Assembly: GCA_030527645.1 (NCBI GenBank)
Contig: JAUNAJ010000002.1
Coordinates: forward strand, 21,145-85,144
DNA from: Lachnospiraceae bacterium
Lineage (GTDB): Bacteria > Bacillota > Clostridia > Lachnospirales > Lachnospiraceae
Length of the DNA stretch: 64,000 nt
Reading direction: 5' to 3'
Under the pieces are notes generated by a model. The model saw only the letters and a program-made list of their open reading frames with translations. It did no database searches and was not told the DNA's origin. Every line of letters starts with the position of its first letter. Within the stretch, counting starts at the first letter, position 1. The position numbers were made by a program, and so were the translations under genes. Positions 55,715-64,000 of the stretch are shown here, piece by piece.

Positions 55715-56875
55715 TCACTGATCTGTATTCTTCAGTTCCCTGTAGGCTGCCACAACCTGAGCATGAAGCTCTGTTCCTTTTTTCAGCCCTGTATAGTGCT
55801 CAACTGCCTCGTCAATTCCATTTGCCTCTACGTAATTCAGCAGTTCCGCTGCCTGATCATCTGTATCCACATCGAACAGGAATGCTGCTCCGATTGCTTT
55901 GATCAGCAGCTCATTGGGAAGCCCTGCCTCTGCGCACTGTACGGCCGGTGCAACCATTCGCTCTGCCGGTTTCAGCTTGCGGATCGGTGCACGGCTGATG
56001 CGGGTGATCTCATCAGCTACACCCGGCGTGCACCAGCGGTTTAATGCAAAATCTACATAGGCCATCATCTTATCGTGATTGAAGCCGTGTTTCTTTTCAA
56101 TCAGTGCAGCCGCCTGTGCCATGGATCTTCTTGAGGTTTCCAGGCCTTCCTCTGTACGGAAGTAATCCTGAATGATCGTGAAGCCCTTCAGATGAGCCAG
56201 ATAACCGGCGCTGCAGTGACCACCGTTGATCACGAACAGCTTTCTCTCCAGGTATTTCTCAATATTGTCGGTGTATTCAGCTCCTTTGATCGGTTCAGAA
56301 CCGGTATCTGTCAGTCTGGTCAGCTCGATGGCAAGCTCGAAATCCTTTCCGATCTCAATTCCTTCTCTTCCATCACAGGTGTAGCCGAATACCATACGGT
56401 CCACAACTGTATTCGGAACCGCTGCTGCCTGTGCAATCTCCTCTGCTGTCAGGATTCCTGTTGCAGCCAGCTCCTTTACCAGCATATCGCCGCAGTAGGG
56501 TGCATTCTCACAGGGAATCACATCGATTCTCGGTTTGCCTGCGTCCAGTCTTGCCTTCAGACCCTCTGCAAGAACACCTGCGATCTTTGCAAAATTGTCT
56601 ACGATTACTGCTGTGGTGATCAGATCTGCCCGGAAAATTTCCTGAATCAACTGCTCCTTCTCTGTGATCGGAGAAAGTGCACTGACATGATCAATTTCCA
56701 CCTTTCTGTGATCCTCCTCAATAATATAGAGAAAATAATTGTGGTAGGTGTTCATCTCCTTATTCAGAACTTCATTCACATCTGCAAATACGATCCTGTA
56801 TCCTGACTGGTGAAGCAGATCACCAATAAATCCTCGTCCGATTTTTCCTGCGCCGAAATGTACTGCTGTTTTCAT
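55715..56875 (-). CDS. mtlD: mannitol-1-phosphate 5-dehydrogenase family polyol-phosphate dehydrogenase
   Basis: 386 aa. AVHFGAGKIGRGFIG N-terminal Rossmann motif and INGGHCSAGYL-type motif of the long-chain mannitol DH family. Confidence 0.8.
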   Translation of the reverse strand: MKTAVHFGAGKIGRGFIGDLLHQSGYRIVFADVNEVLNKEMNTYHNYFLYIIEEDHRKVEIDHVSALSPITEKEQLIQEIFRADLITTAVIVDNFAKIAGVLAEGLKARLDAGKPRIDVIPCENAPYCGDMLVKELAATGILTAEEIAQAAAVPNTVVDRMVFGYTCDGREGIEIGKDFELAIELTRLTDTGSEPIKGAEYTDNIEKYLERKLFVINGGHCSAGYLAHLKGFTIIQDYFRTEEGLETSRRSMAQAAALIEKKHGFNHDKMMAYVDFALNRWCTPGVADEITRISRAPIRKLKPAERMVAPAVQCAEAGLPNELLIKAIGAAFLFDVDTDDQAAELLNYVEANGIDEAVEHYTGLKKGTELHAQVVAAYRELKNTDQ

Positions 56876-56912
56876 ACGTTTTCCTTTCTTTGCTTCTTCA
56901 AAGTACTGATTA

Positions 56913-58781
56913 TTAAAAATCCAAAATACTGATAACCTCTTCTTTTGAACCTGTTTTCTTCAATTTCTCAATATTCTCATCATCCATCAATGCCTGTGCG
57001 ACATGTGCAAGGATCGTTACATGGTCATCCTTTTTTCCGGCAACACCAACCAGCAGATAAGCAGTCTCACCATCGAAGTCTACTCCTTCCGGTACCTGAA
57101 TGAAGCAGATGCCTGCTCTCTTTACTGTATCTTTTGATTCAGCCAGACCGTGAGGAAGGGCAACACCGTTCCCAAGGTATACAGAGGCTTCCTCATCTCT
57201 CCGGATCATATCCTGCTTGTACTGTTTTTCTACATATCCATTCTGAATCAGGATATCTGCACATGCCTCGATTGCTGTCTTCTTATCCGGGAACTTCGCA
57301 TTCAGAACAATGTCCTGATCGGAAAGATGGATTTTTTCTGCAGCATCTTCGGATGATGTTTCAACACTGCCTCCGGCAGGAAGTACAGATCCGGACTCTT
57401 CCTTCTCCTTTAACTGACGGATTGTTTCTGTGATCTGATCGTACTCTTCCTCGTTCATAAAGTTTGTAAGAGTCAGGATCGGTTTTCCGGGTGCTGCCTT
57501 TGCGGCACGGTCTGCCAGATTCTGATTTGTGACGATCAGATCTGCATCCTTCGGGATCTCATTGATCGGTGTATGGCAGATTTCCACATCGATGCCTGCT
57601 TTCCTGAGCTTTTTGCTGAGAATTGCAACGCCCATTACGCTGGATCCCATACCTGCATCACAGGCAAAAGCCACTTTATTTACTGTTCCGCTTACATCTA
57701 CATCCAGTGCTTCATTCTTGCCTGCCGGTTTGCCTGCGGATTCAGTGATCTCCGGTGCTTTGTCCCTGCGAAGGAAGAATGCTGTTACCAGGAATGCAAC
57801 TGCTGTTGCTGCAAAATATGCAAAAATATTTACAAGATATGCAGATTTCGGTGTCATAGCCATCAATGCCAGGAAGCTTCCCGGAGATACAGCCGCTACC
57901 GTTCCTCCGTTAAAAATCTGCAGAATATACAATGCTACAATATTTCCGGCCATGGGTCCGAGGATTGTGATCGGTTTGGAGAGAGCATAGGGGAAAGCAA
58001 CCTCGCCAATGCCTCCAAAGAACATGATCAGCGATGCTCCCGGAGCCGATTTCTTTGCATTACCCTTTCCGAATACTGCGAATGCCAGAAGAAGGCCGAA
58101 CCAGGTTCCTCCGTTTGCCTCTACCAGGAAAAGAAGGGATTTTCCGGTTGCTGCTGCTTCTTCGATTCCGATCGGGATCATAATTCCGTGATTGATCGCA
58201 TTGTTCAGGAACAATACCTGTGCCGGCTGAACGAAAATACTTGTAAATGGAAGCAGGTTTGCATTCACCAGCCACTGTACTCCTGCAGTCAGTACTGTAA
58301 GAATCGCTGACATGATCGGTTCAACGATTACCAGTCCCAGTACCATCAGAAGCGCTCCGGCAATTCCTAAAGAGAAGTTGTCAACCAGCATCTCCATGCC
58401 AGGTTTAACTTTTCCTTCGAATCTTTTGTCGATCCAGCGGATCACTGCTGCACCGAGAGGTCCCATTGCCATACCGCCGATCAGCATGGTAATGTCAGCT
58501 CCGATCACAACACCCATGGTTGCCAGTGCGCCGGCAACGCCGCCTCGTCTTCCATAGATATTGTAGCCGCCTGTGTAACCGATCAGGATCGGCATTAAAT
58601 ACTTCAGTGTGGGTCCTACCAGCTGATTCAGGTATTCATTCGGAATCCATCCGGTATCAATAAACAATGCTGCCAGGAGTCCCCAAGCAATAAATGCTCC
58701 GATATTCGGCATGACCATAGCACTTAGTGCCCCGCCGAATTTCTGAATGTTTGCTACAGATCTTTTTTGTGTTTTTCCCAT
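56913..58781 (-). CDS. mtlA: PTS mannitol-family transporter, fused IICBA
   Basis: 622 aa. IIC membrane domain (QKFGGALSAMVMPNIGAFIAWG), IIB with active-site Cys (ACDAGMGSSVMG), and C-terminal IIA (GNGVALPHG). Confidence 0.85.
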   Translation of the reverse strand: MGKTQKRSVANIQKFGGALSAMVMPNIGAFIAWGLLAALFIDTGWIPNEYLNQLVGPTLKYLMPILIGYTGGYNIYGRRGGVAGALATMGVVIGADITMLIGGMAMGPLGAAVIRWIDKRFEGKVKPGMEMLVDNFSLGIAGALLMVLGLVIVEPIMSAILTVLTAGVQWLVNANLLPFTSIFVQPAQVLFLNNAINHGIMIPIGIEEAAATGKSLLFLVEANGGTWFGLLLAFAVFGKGNAKKSAPGASLIMFFGGIGEVAFPYALSKPITILGPMAGNIVALYILQIFNGGTVAAVSPGSFLALMAMTPKSAYLVNIFAYFAATAVAFLVTAFFLRRDKAPEITESAGKPAGKNEALDVDVSGTVNKVAFACDAGMGSSVMGVAILSKKLRKAGIDVEICHTPINEIPKDADLIVTNQNLADRAAKAAPGKPILTLTNFMNEEEYDQITETIRQLKEKEESGSVLPAGGSVETSSEDAAEKIHLSDQDIVLNAKFPDKKTAIEACADILIQNGYVEKQYKQDMIRRDEEASVYLGNGVALPHGLAESKDTVKRAGICFIQVPEGVDFDGETAYLLVGVAGKKDDHVTILAHVAQALMDDENIEKLKKTGSKEEVISILDF

Positions 58782-58830
58782 GGTTATTGTCCTTTCCTTT
58801 CTTCAACTTTGGTTCCAACCATTGTCAACC

Positions 58831-58968
58831 TGTGGTTTTTGTTGTTTGAATTGTGTTATTATGTGCTTTTCCGTTGTCTATGTTTGTATTAAACCACAAA
58901 AAACCACATTCGTCAATATTAAATTTGTTTTTTTGTGTGTAGTTGTGTTTTTTTGTGGTTTGTGTTAT
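58831..58968. promoter_or_regulatory. repeated TGTGGTTT / AAACCACA octamers in the mtlA-deoR divergent control region
   Basis: TGTGGTTT lies at 58831-58838 and 58955-58962, and AAACCACA at 58891-58898 and 58901-58908. The arrangement is symmetric (forward, reverse, reverse, forward). TTGTGTTAT is also repeated at 58851-58859 and 58960-58968. Confidence 0.45.
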
Positions 58969-59073
58969 GATCTTACATGAAAAAGGGTTGCTGTTCAAGC
59001 ACGGCAGCCTGAGAGCACTGCAAAGAAAGTAATACAATATGTTTTCCCTAATATATATATGGAGGATACCTAT

Positions 59074-59868
59074 ATGCTCAGTTCTGCGGAACGATACAGA
59101 AAGATTTTAGATCTGGTAACGGAACATGATTATATCAGTGCAAATGAATTAGTAGAAAGGCTGGAGGTCTCAAGAGAAACCATACGAAGAGATTTAAATA
59201 CTCTGGCTCAGCAGGGACTGATAGAAAAAACCCATGGAGGAGCCGCTAATATAGAAAGAAGTCTCCATTCCTTTGATGTGGATACTCCCTTTGATCAGCG
59301 GTCACACGAGAACAGAGAAGAAAAAGAACGCCTCTGTTTTTATGCGGCACAGCAGATCAGAGATCAGGACTGCATTTTTCTGGATAACAGCTCCACTGTT
59401 TCCTTCCTCCCTCAGTACATTCCTGAGGAGTACAGTCTTACTATTATTACCTATTCCTTCCGGCTGCTGATGAGTCTGGCTGCGTTAAACCGCCCAAACT
59501 GGAAATTCATCTGTCTGGGAGGAGACTTCAATCCCACCTCCTACTGCACCGGAAATTATCTTGCGAAGGACAATCTTGCTAAATTCCATCCCACAGCGGC
59601 ATTTATCTCCTGTCACGGAATAGACCGGAGTCTGCAGGTGTCGGATGGATATGCAGGCAATATCGAGATCAAATCCCTGCTGCTGTCTCAGTGTTCAAAC
59701 GTATATCTGCTGGCAGATTCCAGTAAGATGGGGCGGAACGGAATGATTACGATCGCACCTGCTGAGGAATTCACCCACATCCTGACTACGGAACACGCCG
59801 ATCCTGCATTTCTCAAGCGGTTAACCGACGCCGGATGTGACATACAGAAAGTAAGCGATTCAAAATAA
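59074..59868 (+). CDS. DeoR/GlpR-family transcriptional regulator
   Basis: The start is set at MLSSAERYRKILDLV (GGAGGA 7 nt upstream). N-terminal HTH (ISANELVERLEVSRETIRRDLNTLAQQGLIEKTHGGA) and a C-terminal DeoR sugar-phosphate sensor domain. Confidence 0.85.
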   Translation: MLSSAERYRKILDLVTEHDYISANELVERLEVSRETIRRDLNTLAQQGLIEKTHGGAANIERSLHSFDVDTPFDQRSHENREEKERLCFYAAQQIRDQDCIFLDNSSTVSFLPQYIPEEYSLTIITYSFRLLMSLAALNRPNWKFICLGGDFNPTSYCTGNYLAKDNLAKFHPTAAFISCHGIDRSLQVSDGYAGNIEIKSLLLSQCSNVYLLADSSKMGRNGMITIAPAEEFTHILTTEHADPAFLKRLTDAGCDIQKVSDSK

Positions 59869-59887
59869 TTAAGAAAGGCAGAGAATT

Positions 59888-60553
59888 ATGTTACAGGCAG
59901 CATTAATAGATGTAGACGGAACTTTATTTGATACAGAACGCCTTTTCCTGCAGGCCTGGCTGCATGCCGGATCTGCCAAAGGCTATCCAATTACAGAGGC
60001 GCATCTCCTTCAGTTCCATGGACGGGGACACACAGAAAACTGCAGATCATTTCAAGAATGGTTCGGGGACGATGCCGATTACTGGGGATCCAGAAAAATA
60101 TTTGAGGAATACGTGGAAAGAACTATTGCAGAAGCAGGAGTGCCGCTGAAGCCCGGTCTTCATGAATTTCTTGACTTTCTGCAAAAGAACGGCATCACAA
60201 TCATTCTGGCAACCGGAACAGAACGAAGTGAAGCAGAGCCCCGGTGGAAAGCGGCAGAGATCGATCGCTATATCCAGGGATCGATCTGTGGAGATGAAAT
60301 TGAAAACAGCAAACCGAATCCGGAAATATTTCTGCGCGCGGCTGCCCTTGCCGGGGCTGCTCCTTCAGAATGTATTGTCTTTGAGGACAGTGTCAATGGC
60401 CTTAGAGCAGCCCGATCCGCCGGTTGCTATACAGTTATGGTGCCGGATCTGGATCCGGTAACAGACGAACTGAGACAAACAATTGCTGATGAGGTCTGCC
60501 ATTCCCTTTTTGATGGAATAGAGATGCTCAGACTCAGATTTGGTATGCAGTGA
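59888..60553 (+). CDS. HAD-superfamily hydrolase (beta-phosphoglucomutase / sugar-phosphatase subfamily)
   Basis: 221 aa. DVDGTLFDTE motif I, ATGT motif II, and K...FEDSVNGLRAARSAG motifs III/IV. Confidence 0.8.
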   Translation: MLQAALIDVDGTLFDTERLFLQAWLHAGSAKGYPITEAHLLQFHGRGHTENCRSFQEWFGDDADYWGSRKIFEEYVERTIAEAGVPLKPGLHEFLDFLQKNGITIILATGTERSEAEPRWKAAEIDRYIQGSICGDEIENSKPNPEIFLRAAALAGAAPSECIVFEDSVNGLRAARSAGCYTVMVPDLDPVTDELRQTIADEVCHSLFDGIEMLRLRFGMQ

Positions 60554-60576
60554 CTCACCCATAAAGGATGGATAAG

Positions 60577-60626
60577 ACAACAGAAGGGTATGCTCCGCAA
60601 AACCGCGGTGCATACCCTTCTGTTGT
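60577..60626. terminator. 17-bp-stem bidirectional terminator-like hairpin between HAD gene and ahcY
   Basis: ACAACAGAAGGGTATGC (60577-60593) pairs perfectly with GCATACCCTTCTGTTGT (60610-60626). Confidence 0.65.
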
Positions 60627-60714
60627 TCATGTATTGTTGCTATTCGGACCCTGCATTCGCATGAGATCACTTCTATTGAGTTCATGTGAATGAAAGTTAT
60701 TATTTATATGGGAA

Positions 60715-61962
60715 TTAATCTACTGCCCAGCCGGTCAGATACGCCTCCTGCTCTTTGGTCAGCGTATCGATCTGCAGGTTCATAGCAGCCAGCTTATAGC
60801 GTCCGATCTCATCATCGATGGAATCCGGCACGTTGTAAACCTTTGTTACCACCTCATCCTTGTGATCAGCCATCCACTTCAGAGACAGTGCCTGTACTGC
60901 AAAAGACATATCCATGATCTCTGCCGGATGTCCCATTCCGCAGGCAAGATTTACAAGACGTCCCTCACCGAGAACATTCAGCGTACGACCGTCTGCCAGA
61001 GTGTAGCCGATGATGTTGTTACGGCGCTCCTCTGCAGAAACAGCCTCTTTCTTCAGTGCAGCAATATCTACCTCACAGTCAAAGTGACCGGCATTGCAGA
61101 GAATAGCGTTATCCTTCATCACATCGAAATGTCTCTTTACAATAACATCCTTGCAGCCTGTTACGGTTACAAAGATATCACCGTATTTTGCAGCCTCGTC
61201 CATCGGCATGATGCGGAAACCGTCCATGGTAGCATCCAGAGCCTTGAATGGATCTACCTCTGTTACGATTACATCGGCACCCATACCTTTGGCGCGCATG
61301 GCTGTTCCCTTACCGCACCAGCCGTATCCTGCAACTACCACGGTTTTTCCTGCTACGATCAGGTTTGTGGTATCCATGATGGCAGTCCATACAGACTGAC
61401 CGGTACCGTATTTGTTATCATAATAATGCTTTGCTTTAGCATCATTTACCGCCATCATCGGGCAGGGAAGTACACCCTCCCGCTCTCTTGCTTTCAGACG
61501 GTGGATTCCGGTGGTGGTCTCCTCGCAGCCGCCGATCAGGCAGTCTGCATATTCCTTGCAGCGTCCGCTCAGCAGATTGATCAGATCGCCTCCGTCATCT
61601 ACGATCAGGTGTGGATGGCAGGCCAGAGTTGCCGCCAGAAGGTCCTCATACTCCTCGGCAGATACACCGTATTTTCCAAAGGTCTCTACTCCCATCTCTG
61701 CAACTGCTGCCGCCACATCATCCTGGGTTGACAGAGGATTGCAGCCGGTCAGATAGACTTCTGCTCCGCCCTTTGCCAGTACAAGGCCAAGGTTTGCAGT
61801 CTTTGCCTCCAGATGAACGGATACAGCGATTCGCAGTCCCTTGAAGGGCTGCTCCTCTTCAAACTGTTTCTCAATCTGTGACAGAGCAGGCATGAAGGAA
61901 CGAACCCACTCGATTTTCTTTCTTCCTGACGGTGCCAGACTTGGATCTTTAATAATGCTCAT
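60715..61962 (-). CDS. ahcY: adenosylhomocysteinase
   Basis: 415 aa. HLEAKTANL, CNPLSTQDDVAAA, VVAGYGWCGKG NAD motif and GHFDCEVD are canonical SAH hydrolase motifs. Confidence 0.95.
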   Translation of the reverse strand: MSIIKDPSLAPSGRKKIEWVRSFMPALSQIEKQFEEEQPFKGLRIAVSVHLEAKTANLGLVLAKGGAEVYLTGCNPLSTQDDVAAAVAEMGVETFGKYGVSAEEYEDLLAATLACHPHLIVDDGGDLINLLSGRCKEYADCLIGGCEETTTGIHRLKAREREGVLPCPMMAVNDAKAKHYYDNKYGTGQSVWTAIMDTTNLIVAGKTVVVAGYGWCGKGTAMRAKGMGADVIVTEVDPFKALDATMDGFRIMPMDEAAKYGDIFVTVTGCKDVIVKRHFDVMKDNAILCNAGHFDCEVDIAALKKEAVSAEERRNNIIGYTLADGRTLNVLGEGRLVNLACGMGHPAEIMDMSFAVQALSLKWMADHKDEVVTKVYNVPDSIDDEIGRYKLAAMNLQIDTLTKEQEAYLTGWAVD

Positions 61963-62081
61963 ATAATTTCCTTTCTATCTATCTTGTTATCTTGCCGTTA
62001 TGCAGCGGGGATATGCATTCCCTCCCCTTTTGTTACGGTATTAATTGTTTCTATTCTTCAGCTTTGCTGTCTGGCAGCTGC

Positions 62082-63356
62082 TTACAGGTACTGTTCTGCC
62101 AGCTTCTCCACCTCGTAATATACTCTCTCGGTATCAATGGTGAGCAGCTCTTTCTTTCTCATGACAAATCTTCCGTTGATCATGGTGGATACCACCTCTG
62201 ATCCATTGGCAGAATAGCAAAGAGAAGAAACGATGTTGTTGTTCGGGAACAGAGAGGGACTTCTCAGGTCCAGGAAGATCAAATCTGCCTTCGCTCCCTC
62301 ACGAATCACGCCAAGCTGATTCTCCTTGTGCAGTGCCTTCGCTGCATGAACAGTGGCAGCCTGCACCACATACTGTGCCGGCATAGCAGTGGAATCCTTC
62401 TGAATTCCTTTATGGATCAGGGAAAGCAGCCCCATCTCCCGGAACATATTCAGGGTATTGTTGCTGGCGGTTCCGTCTGTACCAATGCACACGTTCACGC
62501 CGGCATTCTTCATCTCCGTGATAGGAGCAAAGCCGTTGCCAAGCTTGGCGTTGCTGGCGGGATTGGTTACCACATGGGCACCGGTTTCCCGCAGAATATC
62601 AATATCTCCCTCCTGCATCTGCACGCAGTGGGCAAGAATTGTCTCATCGTCCAGGAAGCCGATCTCCTGAAGCAGGGCAACCGGAGACTTTCCGTATTTC
62701 TCCAGACAGTCGTTGATCTCTGTCATTCCCTCTGACAAGTGGGTCTGATGAAGCAGTCCCCTCTTTTTGGATTCCTCCGCCACCTGCTGCATCAGCTTCG
62801 GTGATGCACTGTAGATGGCGTGTGGGGAGAGAATGAATTCACAGGTATCAGAGCTGTATTCTTCAAGCTCCGCAATAGCCTGAGCAAAACGCTCCGCGCC
62901 ATCTGTATACAAATCTTCACCAACCAGACCACGGCCGATAAAGGCTCTCATGCCTGCGTCGTTGGCAGCCTTTCCGGACTGTCCCGGATACATATGCATA
63001 TCCACGTAGCTGGTGGTTCCGGATTGAATCATTTCCATAAATGCCAGCTGGTTGGTCCAGTAGGCAGCCTCCGTGGGAAGCCTATCCTCCACAGGCATCA
63101 CGCCATTAAAAAGCCAGTCCGTAAAGTCCACATCATCCGCGTAATTTCTCATTAACGTCATGTAGGCATGGGTATGCATGTTGATGAGACCGGGCATCAC
63201 CAGCTGGTGCTTTGCATCATAGGTTTCAAAGGTTTCTGATTCAGCAAAGGGCTCGAAAGAAATTCTGTCCCCCTTCACATACAGATCCCGGCATTCTGTT
63301 TTCAAAGCTCCCTCCGAAAACAGAAGGATGGTTCCATTTTCAATCTTAAGATTCAT
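62082..63356 (-). CDS. mtaD: amidohydrolase, MtaD-type 5'-methylthioadenosine/S-adenosylhomocysteine deaminase
   Basis: The start is set at MNLKIENGTILL, giving 424 aa (typical for the family). The track ORF has 60 extra N-terminal codons with no homology-like features. PGLINMHTHAYMT metal motif, HLSE, and HCVQM...GTDG motifs. The start choice is uncertain because the RBS is weak. Confidence 0.7.
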   Translation of the reverse strand: MNLKIENGTILLFSEGALKTECRDLYVKGDRISFEPFAESETFETYDAKHQLVMPGLINMHTHAYMTLMRNYADDVDFTDWLFNGVMPVEDRLPTEAAYWTNQLAFMEMIQSGTTSYVDMHMYPGQSGKAANDAGMRAFIGRGLVGEDLYTDGAERFAQAIAELEEYSSDTCEFILSPHAIYSASPKLMQQVAEESKKRGLLHQTHLSEGMTEINDCLEKYGKSPVALLQEIGFLDDETILAHCVQMQEGDIDILRETGAHVVTNPASNAKLGNGFAPITEMKNAGVNVCIGTDGTASNNTLNMFREMGLLSLIHKGIQKDSTAMPAQYVVQAATVHAAKALHKENQLGVIREGAKADLIFLDLRSPSLFPNNNIVSSLCYSANGSEVVSTMINGRFVMRKKELLTIDTERVYYEVEKLAEQYL

Positions 63357-63610
63357 GAATCGTTTCCCTTCAATAATAAAGATAAAGTTATTTCGCTCTG
63401 CATTTTGGGCAGATAAATCCATGACGGAAGTATAACAGATTTTTTCCGCCGCAACAACCGAATCCGGCATGGTCTGCAGCATTTTCCAGATCAGGTCCTC
63501 CATAGAACACTCAGGAATAACAAGAATGGCTTCCACTTGAGGAGATATTTCCGTCCTGTGACTGTTGAAGCCCCTCCGTACAGAGTTTAGCTATACGGTG
63601 TGGCTTTTCA

Positions 63611-64000
63611 TCAAACTAATCCTGTTAAATCGATTTCATAATGATAGTCCAGATTTTCTTCCTTTTTCAGCATTCCTGTCAGATACACAGGACAGTAAAA
63701 TACATTATTTTCTACTCTGATATTTTCACTGCAGAGAACTAATCCCTCGGGAATTTTGTAGATTTCATTTGAAAGTACAGTATTTAATGCATGGTGTCTG
63801 GTATAATTTTTCCCTGATTTCACTTCGATCGGAAGGATTTTTCCCATCTGCTCAATAACAAAATCAAGCTCTCCCTGTTTCTTGCTGTTAAAATAGTAGA
63901 GGTCGAAACCGTGCGCCTGCAGCTCCTGTGCCACTGCATTTTCCCATACAGATCCGAAGTTGATATCAATCTCTCCATTTAGGACCTTCAGCTGAATCCC
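63611..64000 (-). CDS. C-terminal part of a DUF4143-type AAA+ ATPase (5' end outside the window)
   Basis: The frame stays open to the window edge (…IQLKVLNGEIDINFGSVWENAVAQELQAHGFDLYYFNSKKQGELDFVIE...IEVKSGKNY). This tail resembles the C-terminal restriction-endonuclease-like DUF4143 module of widespread ATPases. Confidence 0.55.
   Translation of the reverse strand, partial: GIQLKVLNGEIDINFGSVWENAVAQELQAHGFDLYYFNSKKQGELDFVIEQMGKILPIEVKSGKNYTRHHALNTVLSNEIYKIPEGLVLCSENIRVENNVFYCPVYLTGMLKKEENLDYHYEIDLTGLV

Noticed and set aside
61963-62081. SAH or SAM riboswitch upstream of ahcY.
   Set aside because: The region has short hairpins (GGGGA/TCCCC, ATGCAT) but none of the conserved SAH-riboswitch or SAM-I/II core sequences I know. 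It is only 119 nt and must also hold the mtaD 3' end.
1-64000. Search for CRISPR arrays, transposases/IS ends, integrases, prophage genes, toxin-antitoxin pairs, restriction-modification or other known defence systems.
   Set aside because: I found none. There are no spaced direct-repeat arrays, no recombinase, RT, nuclease or Cas-like ORFs, and no tRNA-flanked island. Both tRNAs are solitary, each with its own promoter and terminator, and have no adjacent integrase. The only possibly mobile-associated gene is the truncated DUF4143 ATPase at the right edge.

Overview
This window looks like a chromosomal segment from a Firmicutes/Clostridia-type anaerobe, judged from protein signatures, GGAGG-type ribosome-binding sites and stem-loop plus T-run terminators. 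It is densely coding and most genes are on the minus strand. I see no CRISPR array, transposase, integrase, prophage or recognisable defence genes.

Core housekeeping content:
- the rpmG-secE-nusG-rplK-rplA-rplJ-rplL cluster with leader RNAs
- dnaE, mfd, pth, asnS, lgt, trmB, and tRNA-Gln and tRNA-Lys
- aroD/aroE, aconitase, ahcY and an MtaD-like deaminase

Accessory-looking modules:
1. An FHA / ParA-like / DUF4349 operon at the left edge.
2. A pair of G3E (CobW-type) P-loop proteins. One has a recently duplicated His/Cys-rich metal-binding stretch. The other is degenerate and carries an unusual C-terminal domain.
3. A corrinoid-dependent methyl-transfer cluster: a pterin-binding methyltransferase, two corrinoid proteins, a RACE-type activator and a PucR regulator. 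It has no substrate-specific methyltransferase.
4. A mannitol-type PTS operon that also carries hexulose-6-phosphate synthase, phosphohexuloisomerase and an Fe-alcohol dehydrogenase.
5. A cluster of DnaA boxes in a 650-bp intergenic region that is not next to dnaA.
6. An orphan CadA-type HMA protein next to a promoter-to-terminator unit with no ORF, which is a candidate sRNA.

None of these is proven novel from sequence alone. They are ranked below with explicit tests. All function calls rest on my recognition of protein motifs and families; no database search was run.
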